This document shows, piece after piece, positions 28,101 through 37,212 of a DNA stretch of 64,000 nucleotides; the first letter of the stretch is position 1; each line of letters begins with the position of its first letter. The notes beneath the pieces are model-generated. The model ran no database searches. It was given only the letters and a program-made list of their open reading frames with translations, and was not told the origin of the DNA. A program made the position numbers and the translations under genes. Origin of the DNA: Candidatus Zhuqueibacterota bacterium (GTDB lineage Bacteria > Zhuqueibacterota > Zhuqueibacteria > Thermofontimicrobiales > Thermofontimicrobiaceae); contig JBMOPW010000034.1 in the NCBI GenBank assembly GCA_049322915.1, positions 64,001 through 128,000 of the forward strand, read 5' to 3'.

Positions 28101-28865
28101 TGTGGTCTTCTCTGCACCATACTTCAAAATGAGCGAATCGAAAGTATTTTCTGCTTCCTGCAAATTGCCCTGAAGGAAATGCACGTTTCCTAATAAAAGA
28201 AGCGCCCTCGCATTGAACTCACCTTTCTCCGTTGTTCCGAGCAATTTATCAATTTGAATTTTAGCAAGGTCGTATTTTTCATCAGCAATATAGACTTCAA
28301 TCAATTGCGTTTGTGCCTCATGGTACAGGCTGCTTTTCGGATAGACTTCAAGAAACTCCAGAAGTATCTGAGTCGCTTTCTCGAATTTTTTGTCCTGCGA
28401 ATACATCTGGGCGGATGAGAGCAAGGACTGTTGTGCGAGGTTGCTTGCCGGATAAAATATTTGAACCTGCCGAAATGCCTTTCCCGCTTTGGCGTAGTCG
28501 CCAGTGAGCTTGAAACACTCTGCGATTTTGAATTGCGCCTGATCGAGATTCTGGGCATCAGGAAACTGGATCATCAGGTAAGAAAATTCTTTTTGCGCTT
28601 TTTGATAATCGCCGCTTTTAAAATAGCTCAAGCCAGCCATGAACAGCGCTTCGGATGCTTTTGGATGGTTGGGATTTTCAGCAGCAAATAGATGAAATTG
28701 CTCTGCGGAGAGATTATACATTTCATCATCATACAATTTCTTCGCATAAATATAAGAAACACCTTCATCGCCAGTTTGTGCAAAACTAAAATATGGGAGC
28801 ATGACCACAATGCAAAACAGGAATATTATTCCTGACGTGTCAATTATGTTTTTTGTACTCATCAA
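25119..28865 (-). CDS. Large secreted TPR protein (BamD/CpoB-like repeats)
   Basis: Signal peptide and many 'F/YP-x-S...A-x-F/Y' TPR units over 1248 aa. Confidence 0.82.
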   Translation of the reverse strand: MMSTKNIIDTSGIIFLFCIVVMLPYFSFAQTGDEGVSYIYAKKLYDDEMYNLSAEQFHLFAAENPNHPKASEALFMAGLSYFKSGDYQKAQKEFSYLMIQFPDAQNLDQAQFKIAECFKLTGDYAKAGKAFRQVQIFYPASNLAQQSLLSSAQMYSQDKKFEKATQILLEFLEVYPKSSLYHEAQTQLIEVYIADEKYDLAKIQIDKLLGTTEKGEFNARALLLLGNVHFLQGNLQEAENTFDSLILKYGAEKTTKYSNTLSHAYLKMGEILHRKGLYGKSNENLHKISQFKDDLKGMMLSAENYTMLTNYTEAINLYNEMVAKSDTLNRLKIYFKMGVNYNYLNDYSKAIDSYLKVFDNYYAQVDSESHSLHAQAYLRISNDFLKINQPQSAASYLKNYVEMYKGKRGVDEFEFKIGYLYETKLNDIERAIRIYYDFIDLYPMSVFVDDARYAIARCHEKNGHYSQALNDYRTFLQLYPASDLWNMAISRIEYISDFIPTNGETTKAFSDLLAALPNNKNPEFLFQLAVMNYSQFKDYKTCIRLFSECNSLDSTRKLNQEELHYYWARSYQLFGLKDIENNEQYLDSARTKFNFLAESYSASSWNVKARYHLIEIFETTAHFKDSLYSQNKKLMLRSYLQDFPESAFREEINFELGNLLLHDGLKSSVDSMEIYNYFESVLINSTNSSLKDDAAFSQAMMFLQMGNSSTAEKKLESFISTYPGSHRICEVRFELAKIHEKKGDLAESRRVLEEILSRHFYSSYADSARLKIGALLQTEKKYSEALEYFNSIYLKFLKPENIGDDTLKNNSLFQNSMVEIAECYINLEKKDLARDYLQQYLHHFPNGQFADEVLYSLATTYSTLRAQERDKAIDYLLRLEKNFPQSHLMPAAAHNIADLYFEAGKYEQAIGYYEKEQSLHANGKEKQAIISAQLIICHYRLGQIQVGDQLFKTFRSNYKDEENLLSDIELEKGDYFLTNKIFDQAEEIFKNVRSKYKTLENGAKAEYLLGKLYFILNKDHEALEILTKMMSKYPNDPILPNVYITLGNFYYFQARQVENAMLAYRTVVDFPKIDDSTLKLGMHNLIKCYTDLGLRDQAIVLIRRYINLYPEADDVFEKKVRMGIILSEINEFDQAIQLFQNLKLEADLENEPRIQFWIGECYFEKGQYLKAISEYLKIVYLSRPTKLLPQYRVTAQYKAGLAYLKLSQPENGRQLFEKIVQEQGAESVFGKPALEKIQEIDRLLVNKN

Positions 28866-31069
28866 AGGATCTCCAATTTACAAAACTTGAGCATCACTTT
28901 TTTCTCACCAACATCTTCAAAAATAATGTAGGCCTTTAGCTCGTTGCCTTCGCCTTCAATGGACTTAACCACACCTTTTCCAAAATGCGGGTGTCTTACT
29001 AAAATGCCGGGACGAACATCCCCCGAATGCCTGGTCTCATTAAGTTCCGAGGCAAATTTTATCACTTTCCTGGGTTTAAAGGTTCGACTTCTTGTCTGAG
29101 CAAAGTCCTGGTTGCTGACCGCTTCTCTCTCGATTAATTCTTTGTCAATTTCATGGAGAAATCTGGAAAGAGCGCCACTGGAATTCTCTCCATATCTATT
29201 TCTTGAAAAAGCCGCTGTTAGATACAACTTTTCTTTTGCGCGAGTAGCGCCAACGTAGAATAACCGCCGCTCTTCTTCGATATCATCGTCGTTGCTTAAC
29301 TGTCGCGATAGCGGAAAAAGGCCTTCTTCCATTCCGGAAATGAAAACAACTGGAAACTCCAGGCCTTTCGCGCTGTGCAAAGTGAGCAGTGAGACTGAAT
29401 TTTTCGCTGACTCCCAATTATCAACATCGCTGATAAGCGCGACATTTTCAAGGTAATGTTCGAGGTTCAGATGAGGATTGTTTTCAACAAAATCATTTAT
29501 TGCAGCAATGAGTTCGCGGATATTTTCAATTCTGCTTTTGGCTTCAATCGTTCCTTCATCACGCAGCGTGGCAATGATGCCCAATTCATCAACCATAGCT
29601 GCAATCAATTCCCCAACTTCAATGCTACTTTTCAGCTTGTCGTACTTCTTCATAAAGTCAACGAATTGTAGAATAGCCTGCTGAGTACGGCTGGTGATTC
29701 CATCAATCTCTTTGATACTCTCCAGACCGGTAAAAAACGAAATTCCATGAAGTGAACAATATCGATCTATTTTTTTTATCGTAGCATCGCCGATTCCCCG
29801 CGCCGGGTAGTTGATAATCCGTTTAATGCTAATGCTATCAGACGGGTTGACCAGAACCCTCAAATACGCCAGCACATCTTTTATTTCTTTTCGTTCGTAA
29901 AACCGAACCCCTCCAACGACGACATAGGAAATCCCTTTCAATTGAAAGGCTTCTTCCAGAGCACGGGATTGAGCATTCGTCCGGTATAAAATTGCAAAAT
30001 CACAGAAGTTGCGTTGATTCTGATGGATCTCATATTCAATGCGCCGAATTATTTCGTGCGCCTCTCCGGTCGCATCTCTGGCAATGAATAGGCCAACTTT
30101 TTCGCCTGTTCCATTTTTCGTCCAGAGCTGCTTTTCCATGCGATTCACATTGTGCTGGATGATTGAATGCGCAATTGCCAGTATGGTACTTGTCGACCTA
30201 TAGTTTTGTTCCATCCTGAAAATGGTGCAATCAGGGAAATCGCTTTCAAAATCCAGAATGTTCTTTACTTCAGCGCCTCTCCAGCGATAAATTGACTGAT
30301 CATCATCCCCAACCACCGAGATATTTCGATGCTCACGGCTGAGCAGTTTGATGAGTTCGTATTGCGCACGATTGGTATCCTGATATTCATCAACGAGAAT
30401 ATATTGGAAGTGCTTTTGGTAATATTGCAGGACTAACGGAAAATTCACAAACAATTCAATCGACCGAAGCAGCAGGTCTTCAAAATCCATAGCATTGTTT
30501 TGAAGCATCTGCCGGACATACTCTTTGTACACCGCCAGGATAAGACCATCCTCATAATCTTCAGGATTGCCCATTAAAGAGGGATTGTTCAAGTTAGCGT
30601 TTTTGTATTGTTTAATTCGCGATTTCACTTTTTGGGGCGAGATAGCCTTCATATCAGGAACTGAGGAATCCGCGATAATTGTTTTGATAAGCGTCAGTTG
30701 ATCCGCTTCATCGTAGATGACAAAATTTTGCTGGTAGCCAAGCTTCTCACATTCGCGACGAAGAATTCTGGCGAAGATGGAGTGAAAGGTGCCAATCCAC
30801 ATTTCCGCCAATTCATCTTTTAGAAGCGCTTCCACCCTCTCTTTCATCTCGCGGGCAGCTTTATTCGTGAAAGTCATGGCCAGGATGCGGTACGCCGGAA
30901 TCGCTTTACGTTTGATGAGATAGGCTATTTTGTGGGTCAATACCCGTGTCTTACCACTGCCAGCACCAGCAAGAATGAGATTGGGTCCGTCACTTTTTTC
31001 TACCGCCTGACGCTGGACAGAATTAAGATTTCGCAGCATGGAGAGATCAGTCTCTTTGTGACTCATCAA
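28862..31069 (-). CDS. pcrA: ATP-dependent DNA helicase UvrD/PcrA
   Basis: AGAGSGKT, TFTNKAA, VDEYQD, VGDDDQSIY, HSAKGLEF, EEERRLFYVG. Confidence 0.95.
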   Translation of the reverse strand: MMSHKETDLSMLRNLNSVQRQAVEKSDGPNLILAGAGSGKTRVLTHKIAYLIKRKAIPAYRILAMTFTNKAAREMKERVEALLKDELAEMWIGTFHSIFARILRRECEKLGYQQNFVIYDEADQLTLIKTIIADSSVPDMKAISPQKVKSRIKQYKNANLNNPSLMGNPEDYEDGLILAVYKEYVRQMLQNNAMDFEDLLLRSIELFVNFPLVLQYYQKHFQYILVDEYQDTNRAQYELIKLLSREHRNISVVGDDDQSIYRWRGAEVKNILDFESDFPDCTIFRMEQNYRSTSTILAIAHSIIQHNVNRMEKQLWTKNGTGEKVGLFIARDATGEAHEIIRRIEYEIHQNQRNFCDFAILYRTNAQSRALEEAFQLKGISYVVVGGVRFYERKEIKDVLAYLRVLVNPSDSISIKRIINYPARGIGDATIKKIDRYCSLHGISFFTGLESIKEIDGITSRTQQAILQFVDFMKKYDKLKSSIEVGELIAAMVDELGIIATLRDEGTIEAKSRIENIRELIAAINDFVENNPHLNLEHYLENVALISDVDNWESAKNSVSLLTLHSAKGLEFPVVFISGMEEGLFPLSRQLSNDDDIEEERRLFYVGATRAKEKLYLTAAFSRNRYGENSSGALSRFLHEIDKELIEREAVSNQDFAQTRSRTFKPRKVIKFASELNETRHSGDVRPGILVRHPHFGKGVVKSIEGEGNELKAYIIFEDVGEKKVMLKFCKLEIL

Positions 31070-32162
31070 GTTTTTTCTTTCGATTAATCAAAGTGCGATA
31101 GGCATCGAATTTACTTTTTGCATTGAGATGTTCGTTCAACGTTTTGCTGAAGATATGTGTCCCGTCTCCTTTGGCGACGAAAAATATATAATTGACCGCT
31201 GCCGGGTTTAGGGCAGCGAGAATTGATTTGATTCCTGGATTGTTGACCGGCCCGGGCGGCAGACCAATATAACGGTATGTGTTGTAAGGCGAGTCGATGA
31301 CGAGGTCTTTATTCAGCAACCGCCTCGGCCCATCGGGAATGATGTACTGAATCGTCGGATCGGCCTGTAACAAGATGCCGTTTTTCAAGCGGTTGTGGTA
31401 AACCGCCGATACAATCGCTCGCTCGGAATCCACCATTGCTTCGCCTTCGATGATCGAAGCCAACGTGACGATCTGGTGCAACGTCCACCCTTTTTCGGAG
31501 ATTAGATTTTCCAGCGAATCAGGAACATTTCTCCGGAATTCATGTACCAGCGTGGCGATGATTTCTTTTGCTGAAATGCCCCACGGGAAAAAGTAGGTAT
31601 TCGGGAATAGGTATCCCTCCAACGAATTGGCTTCAACTCCAAAATTTGTGATGATCTCTTGATTGGTGGTCAAACGGATGAACTGTGTCGAATCGATCTC
31701 CAGATTTCGAGCCAGAATCGATGCAATTTGAAATGAAGTTGATCCTTCAGGTATAACAATCCGGGAGTTCGATATTTTGCCCTGACTGATGATTTTCAAT
31801 ACGTTGTAAACAGAAAGCCTCGGCGAGATGGCATATCGACCGGCCTTCAAATGGGATGACTTTTGAAATAGCTTAGCGGCCAATACAAAATCATCCCCAT
31901 TACGAACGATTTTTAGCCTCTGGAGTTCGTTGGCAATCTGTCTCACCGAGGTCCCAGGCTTGATCTTCACTTCGATTTCATGAGTTGTTATGGCGCATTT
32001 CTGTGGTAAGAAAATTTTAATAGTGAGATAAAACAAGATGCTGAAAATAGCGAGTATGATTAAAATTGTAAACCCGGTTGTAATTTTCTTGTTCATTGTT
32101 TTCACTTCGATAAAGGTTAGCGGATGAGTATCAGTCTTTGAGCCATTTGGAAAGGTGATCAA
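31047..32162 (-). CDS. mltG: Endolytic transglycosylase MltG (alternative start 32096)
   Basis: LEGYLFPNTY, LASIIEGE, LQADPT, SPYNTY, GLPPGP. Confidence 0.95.
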   Translation of the reverse strand: MITFPNGSKTDTHPLTFIEVKTMNKKITTGFTILIILAIFSILFYLTIKIFLPQKCAITTHEIEVKIKPGTSVRQIANELQRLKIVRNGDDFVLAAKLFQKSSHLKAGRYAISPRLSVYNVLKIISQGKISNSRIVIPEGSTSFQIASILARNLEIDSTQFIRLTTNQEIITNFGVEANSLEGYLFPNTYFFPWGISAKEIIATLVHEFRRNVPDSLENLISEKGWTLHQIVTLASIIEGEAMVDSERAIVSAVYHNRLKNGILLQADPTIQYIIPDGPRRLLNKDLVIDSPYNTYRYIGLPPGPVNNPGIKSILAALNPAAVNYIFFVAKGDGTHIFSKTLNEHLNAKSKFDAYRTLINRKKKLDESQRD

Positions 32163-33877
32163 GTTCTGTTCGCAATACGTGCCCGTCGCCAGGTGATTAC
32201 TTTTTCAATGGGCCAAGTGTTTAAAACGGCTTCCCGATTCAGCCAGCCCCGGCGCGCCACAGCGACACCGTATTTCATGAAGTCCAGATTCGCGCATTCA
32301 TGACTGTCAGAGTTAATCGCAATTCGTATCCCTCTTTCTGAAGCGCGTTTAGCGTGTACATCGGATAAATCCAGACGATCGGGATGGGCATTGATTTCCA
32401 GGGCTGTGCCTGTTTTTTCAGCAGCATCAAAAACTGCATTCAGGTCAACTTCATATCCTTCCCGTCGGGAAATTATCCGTCCTGTGGGATGGCCAATGAC
32501 ATCGACAAAAGGATTTTCCATCGCTTTGATGATTCGTTCCGTTGGATTTGTCTTGAATCCCGAATGAATCGAAGCGACGATGAAATCAAGCCGTGGTAAA
32601 AATTCGTCGGCAATGTCCAGCGAGCCGTCGCCAAGAATATCCACCTCAATACCCTGCAACACCACAACATCATCATGCGCTTTATTTATGGCAGCAATCT
32701 CGGCCATTTGTTGCAGCAGCCTCTCCCGGTTCAAACCTCTGGCATACCCGGCCGAGACTGAATGGTCGCAGATTGCCAGATAATGATACCCCCGAAGGCG
32801 CGCTGCGTTCACTATTTCGGCGATTGAGCTCTTTCCATCGCTATAATTGGAATGTACGTGGAGGTCGCCTCGCACATCTTGAATTTCGAGGAGCGCCGGC
32901 AGGCTCTTGCTGGCCGCGCGCTCGATCTCTCCCCTATCTTCGCGCAATTCAGGAGGAATCCATTGCAAACCGAGCGCCTCGTAAATATCCAGTTCTTTGC
33001 TGCCGCCAATTATTTTATCGTCTTTGAAAATGCCGTATTCATTTATTTTCAAAAAATTCTTTTTTGCCAGACCTCTCAGCTTGACATTATGCGCCTGGGA
33101 TCCGGTGAAATACTGAAGCGCTGCGCCAAAGCTTTCAGAGGGAATAACGCGAAGATCGACCTGAACGCCATTTTCAAAATGGACGCTGGCCCTGGTTGTG
33201 CCGCCGGCATCCACTCGACCCACTCCGGGGAGATTGAGGAATGTTTCAATCAAGCGCTGAGACTGCGACGATACCGCTAAAATGTCGACATCGTGGACGG
33301 TCTCTTTCATTCTGCGAACTGACCCGGCGCAGGTAATGGCCTCGACCGCACACATTGCGGTGAGCTGCGAGATAATCCCCTCGACCATAGGCAAAGCAAC
33401 AGCAATGGAAATTCTCTCCTGACTTTTCAACAGGTACTCGATCCCCTTTTTGATGTTCTCCATCTTCTTTTCGCCCATTTTGGGCAAGCCGGCTAATTGG
33501 CCATTTTCGATCACGCGAACGAGATCATCTAAATTGTTGACGCCTAAACTCTTGTGCGCTGTTGCAATTGTTTTGGGACCCAGATTTTGAATTTTTAACA
33601 GCGCAATGAGTTCAGAAGGCACTTCCTGTTTCAGCGACTCAAACTTGCTCATTTTTCCGGTTGCAAGGTATTCACTGATTTTCCTGACAAAAGCATCGCC
33701 GATGCCGGGCAGTTCGTGCAGCTTCTGATTCTCCCAGAGAATTGTAATATCTTCCTGAAGGTCCTGAATCACCCGCGCTGCTCTTCGATATGCATTCACC
33801 TTGAATCCAAGCTCCCCTTGCAATTCAAGTATATCGGCCATCTGTTCGAAAATTTCTGCCAGGGCGGAATTTTTCAT
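32159..33877 (-). CDS. polX: DNA polymerase X with PHP domain
   Basis: GSVRR, HDVDIL, VDLR, YFTGS, PPELRE; PHP motifs DLHVHS, DHS, GHPTGR, NSDSH. Confidence 0.95.
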   Translation of the reverse strand: MKNSALAEIFEQMADILELQGELGFKVNAYRRAARVIQDLQEDITILWENQKLHELPGIGDAFVRKISEYLATGKMSKFESLKQEVPSELIALLKIQNLGPKTIATAHKSLGVNNLDDLVRVIENGQLAGLPKMGEKKMENIKKGIEYLLKSQERISIAVALPMVEGIISQLTAMCAVEAITCAGSVRRMKETVHDVDILAVSSQSQRLIETFLNLPGVGRVDAGGTTRASVHFENGVQVDLRVIPSESFGAALQYFTGSQAHNVKLRGLAKKNFLKINEYGIFKDDKIIGGSKELDIYEALGLQWIPPELREDRGEIERAASKSLPALLEIQDVRGDLHVHSNYSDGKSSIAEIVNAARLRGYHYLAICDHSVSAGYARGLNRERLLQQMAEIAAINKAHDDVVVLQGIEVDILGDGSLDIADEFLPRLDFIVASIHSGFKTNPTERIIKAMENPFVDVIGHPTGRIISRREGYEVDLNAVFDAAEKTGTALEINAHPDRLDLSDVHAKRASERGIRIAINSDSHECANLDFMKYGVAVARRGWLNREAVLNTWPIEKVITWRRARIANRT

Positions 33878-34002
33878 GGATTATCTCATTGAAAGAAAAA
33901 AGCGAAAATGCATCCCGTACAATCATGCGAGAGTAAAAGTGATTCGCAAAAATCAGAGTGAATTCTGCGCTCAATATATCAATTACTGAAGTGAATGTCA
34001 AT

Positions 34003-34036
34003 AAAAAAAGAGGACATCTTTTCGGGATGGCCTCTT
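34003..34036 (-). terminator. Rho-independent terminator of leuS
   Basis: Minus strand AAGAGGCCATC-loop-GATGTCCTCTT followed by a T-run. Confidence 0.75.
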
Positions 34037-34062
34037 GAAAAATCGTTTTGCCAATCAAAGCC

Positions 34063-36513
34063 CTATTTCACAACAAGGTTGACCAGCTTGTTTTTAACGA
34101 CGATCTTTTTTAGGATCGCCTTGCCTTCGATATATTTGACCGCTTTCTCATCCAGAATTGCCATGTTCAAGACGGTCTCATCAGCGCTATCTTTTTCAAC
34201 TTCGATGGTCGAGCGGACTTTACCATTAATCTGGATGACAATGGGAACCGTTGTTTTTTCGGTTTTCCTGTCATCGTACTCAGGCCAGGCTGTATTGAAA
34301 ATACTATGCGCTCCGCCTATTCTCTCCCAAAGCTCTTCGGAGAAATGTGGAGCAAACGGCGCCAACAGGCGGATCACTGTCTCCCGCGAGTCGAAAACCC
34401 GAATCGCGTTTTGCTCTGCCGCAGGAACATTCTGGACGTACAGATACATGGTATTCAGCAGTTCCATAATCCGGCTGATGGCCGTGTTGAAATGAAAACG
34501 CTCCAGATCGATCGTCACCATTTTGATTGTGTAATGGCGCACCCGTTCCAGTTCATCGCTCTGCACTGTTTCATGCCCGGCCGGCGGATTTTCCTCAATC
34601 ATTTCGATGAGGCGATAGGTGCGATTCAGAAACCGCTCAATGCCGGTGATGCCCTCATCGCTCCAATCGCCGCCATCGCTGTAACTGCCCATGAACATCA
34701 TGTACATGCGAAACGTGTCAGAGCCATATTTTTCGATGAATGTATCCGGGTTCACGACATTGCCGCGGGATTTGGACATTTTATTTCCATCCTTGGTAAT
34801 GACACCCTGGTGAATCAGTCGTGTGAACGGTTCATCGAAATCAATCAGCTTCAAATCATACAAAACTTTGGTGAAAAATCGGGCGTACAGCAAGTGCATC
34901 ACTGAATGTTCCGCGCCGCCGACATATTGATCGACCGGCAGCCACTTTTTCACCACCTCGCTGTCAAAGGCGACGTCATCGACATCCGGGTTGGGATAGC
35001 GGAGAAAATACCAGGAGGAACAGACAAAGGTATCCATGGTATCCACTTCCCGCTCGGCTTTGCCCCCGCATCGCGGACAGGTGGTCTTCACAAAATCTGG
35101 ATTGGTGAGCAGCGGCGATTCGCCGGCGCCGGTGAACTCAACTTTCTCGGGCAAGCGGACCGGGAGGTCGTTGTCAGGCACAGGGACTTCTCCGCAGGTG
35201 GGGCAATAAATAATCGGAATTGGCGCGCCCCAGTATCGCTGCCGGGAGATGAGCCAATCTCTCAATTTATAATTGACTTTGCGCTCGGCAATTTTGTCTT
35301 TCGCAAGGTGCTCGATGATTTTATCCATGCCAATGTCGGATGGCATGCCAGAAAATTCGCCGCTATTAATCATGACGCCGGCGTCCACATAAGCCTCTTT
35401 CAATTCTGCCGAAGGCGTGCCGTCCGGGCTGATCACTTCGATGATGGGAAGACCATATTTTTTAGCAAATGCGAAATCGCGGGTATCGTGACCAGGCACG
35501 GCCATGACACAGCCGGTGCCGTAGCTATGCAGCACATAATCCGCAATCCAAATTGGCACTTCCCTTCCATCGACAGGATTGATGGCGTACGCGCCAATGA
35601 AAACGCCTGTCTTCTCCCGTTCCGTCGAGGTCCGGTCAATTTCACTGGCTTTGCGCGTCTCATCAACATACGCGGCCACTTGCGCGCGACATGCCGCTGT
35701 AGTCAATTGCTCCACCAGAGGATGTTCCGGCGCCAGCACCATGTAGGTCACACCAAAAAGCGTATCCGGCCGTGTCGTGAAAACCTCGATGATCTGTGAT
35801 GAACCTTTCACGCTGAAGCGGATCTGAGCGCCTTCGCTGCGACCAATCCAATTCTTTTGCATGGTGATGGTCTTTTCCGGCCAATCAATGCGACCATGCC
35901 CTTCCAGCAGCCGTTCCGCATAATCAGTAATTTTGAAAAACCATTGTTTAAGATCCTTCTTCGTCACTTCTGTGCTGCACCGCTCGCAATGGCCGTCCAC
36001 TACCTGCTCATTCGCAAGCACGGTTTTACACGAAGGACACCAGTTCACAGGCGCCTTTTTCCGATAGGCTAGGCCATTTTTGTACAGTTGGAGAAACAGC
36101 CACTGGGTCCATTTATAGTAACGAGGGTCACTGGTGTTGATTTCTTTGCTCCAATCGTACATTGCGCCAATGGCCTTCAATTGCTTTCTGATTTTATTGA
36201 TATTATCAGCAGTGCTCACCGCCGGATGAATGCCAACCTTGATTGCATAATTTTCTGCCGGCAGTCCAAATGCATCGTAGCCCATGGGTTCGAGCACATT
36301 GTAGCCCTGCATTCGTTTAAAGCGCGCCCAGGTATCTGTCGGACCGTAATTATACCAGTGACCAATGTGCAGTCTATCTCCGGATGGATAGATGAACATG
36401 ACGAGACAGTACAGTTTCCTGGCAATATCATTCATATCGGTTCTATAAATCTGCGACCTCTCCCAACGGTCCTGCCATTTTTTTTCAATCTCAGCGAACG
36501 GATAGTAGCTCAT
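34063..36513 (-). CDS. leuS: Leucine--tRNA ligase
   Basis: HIGH and KMSKS; GLPAEN, TTRPDT, SRQRYWG. Confidence 0.97.
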   Translation of the reverse strand: MSYYPFAEIEKKWQDRWERSQIYRTDMNDIARKLYCLVMFIYPSGDRLHIGHWYNYGPTDTWARFKRMQGYNVLEPMGYDAFGLPAENYAIKVGIHPAVSTADNINKIRKQLKAIGAMYDWSKEINTSDPRYYKWTQWLFLQLYKNGLAYRKKAPVNWCPSCKTVLANEQVVDGHCERCSTEVTKKDLKQWFFKITDYAERLLEGHGRIDWPEKTITMQKNWIGRSEGAQIRFSVKGSSQIIEVFTTRPDTLFGVTYMVLAPEHPLVEQLTTAACRAQVAAYVDETRKASEIDRTSTEREKTGVFIGAYAINPVDGREVPIWIADYVLHSYGTGCVMAVPGHDTRDFAFAKKYGLPIIEVISPDGTPSAELKEAYVDAGVMINSGEFSGMPSDIGMDKIIEHLAKDKIAERKVNYKLRDWLISRQRYWGAPIPIIYCPTCGEVPVPDNDLPVRLPEKVEFTGAGESPLLTNPDFVKTTCPRCGGKAEREVDTMDTFVCSSWYFLRYPNPDVDDVAFDSEVVKKWLPVDQYVGGAEHSVMHLLYARFFTKVLYDLKLIDFDEPFTRLIHQGVITKDGNKMSKSRGNVVNPDTFIEKYGSDTFRMYMMFMGSYSDGGDWSDEGITGIERFLNRTYRLIEMIEENPPAGHETVQSDELERVRHYTIKMVTIDLERFHFNTAISRIMELLNTMYLYVQNVPAAEQNAIRVFDSRETVIRLLAPFAPHFSEELWERIGGAHSIFNTAWPEYDDRKTEKTTVPIVIQINGKVRSTIEVEKDSADETVLNMAILDEKAVKYIEGKAILKKIVVKNKLVNLVVK

Positions 36514-36763
36514 GCTTTCTCCTTAAATAAGAATAAGTTATGGTAAAGAAAAACTCATATTTCCAAGGATTTTGACACTGAAGTGTCAACCACCGGACTA
36601 CCTTTGCTCCACTAAAAAAGATAGTCCGCCGGTTAGAGCGAGGCGCAAGCCGCCTTTGGGCTTTATACGCAGAAGGTGGCATGAAAAGAAAATTTGTGAA
36701 GCAGTTTTTGAATGCGAAATGGTCACTGTTGATCTCTGTTTGTAACTTCAATTTAGTTCAACA

Positions 36764-36792
36764 AATATAAGGAAAAAAAATATCCCTGTCAA
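36764..36792 (-). promoter_or_regulatory. Sigma70-type promoter of leuS
   Basis: Minus strand TTGACA-N17-TATATT. Confidence 0.7.
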
Positions 36793-36969
36793 GAAAATAT
36801 TTCGTTGGAAAATTGGGGCAACGCCGCTGTATTCGTTCCGGATTCGGCATTGGCGTTGATGATACAATGCATTAATAATTGAGCCTTTATCTTTGTACTA
36901 TGCAACAATGAGTCATCCGAACGCACCATGTTCGGGCTAAAAAAATATATTTTATTTCTTTAACTTCTC

Positions 36970-36998
36970 TTGCAATTTCAGACTTTTCTATATATATT
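36970..36998 (+). promoter_or_regulatory. Sigma70-type promoter upstream of the hybrid kinase
   Basis: TTGCAA-N17-TATATT. Confidence 0.55.
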
Positions 36999-37051
36999 TC
37001 AATCGCTTGAATTATATACTTTCATTTCAATAAGGTTCAATAACCTGATCC

Positions 37052-37086
37052 AGGCACATTGTGTTGATTTATAATGTGCCTTTTTT
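37052..37086 (+). terminator. Terminator-like hairpin in the kinase leader
   Basis: AGGCACATTGT-loop-ATAATGTGCCT followed by TTTTT. Confidence 0.65.
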
Positions 37087-37212
37087 CCGGATGAAAAAGA
37101 CCGGCGCACCGGCCATTTCTCCAACATTCGATACCTGGCTGCACCCCGTAACTTCGGTCGCGGCCAATGTTCTGATCACCAAATGGATAGATAGCCGAAA
37201 TTAAATTTTAGG

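Noticed and set aside
34306..36546. Long plus-strand ORFs (199, 297 and 152 aa)
   Set aside because: Antisense shadows of leuS with no domain motifs.
36514..36760. T-box riboswitch or 86-aa ORF upstream of leuS
   Set aside because: No T-box consensus on the sense strand; the ORF overlaps leuS and has no support.
37040..37056. TPP or preQ1 riboswitch (ACCTGATCCAGG)
   Set aside because: Only a short motif matches; the other conserved elements are missing.
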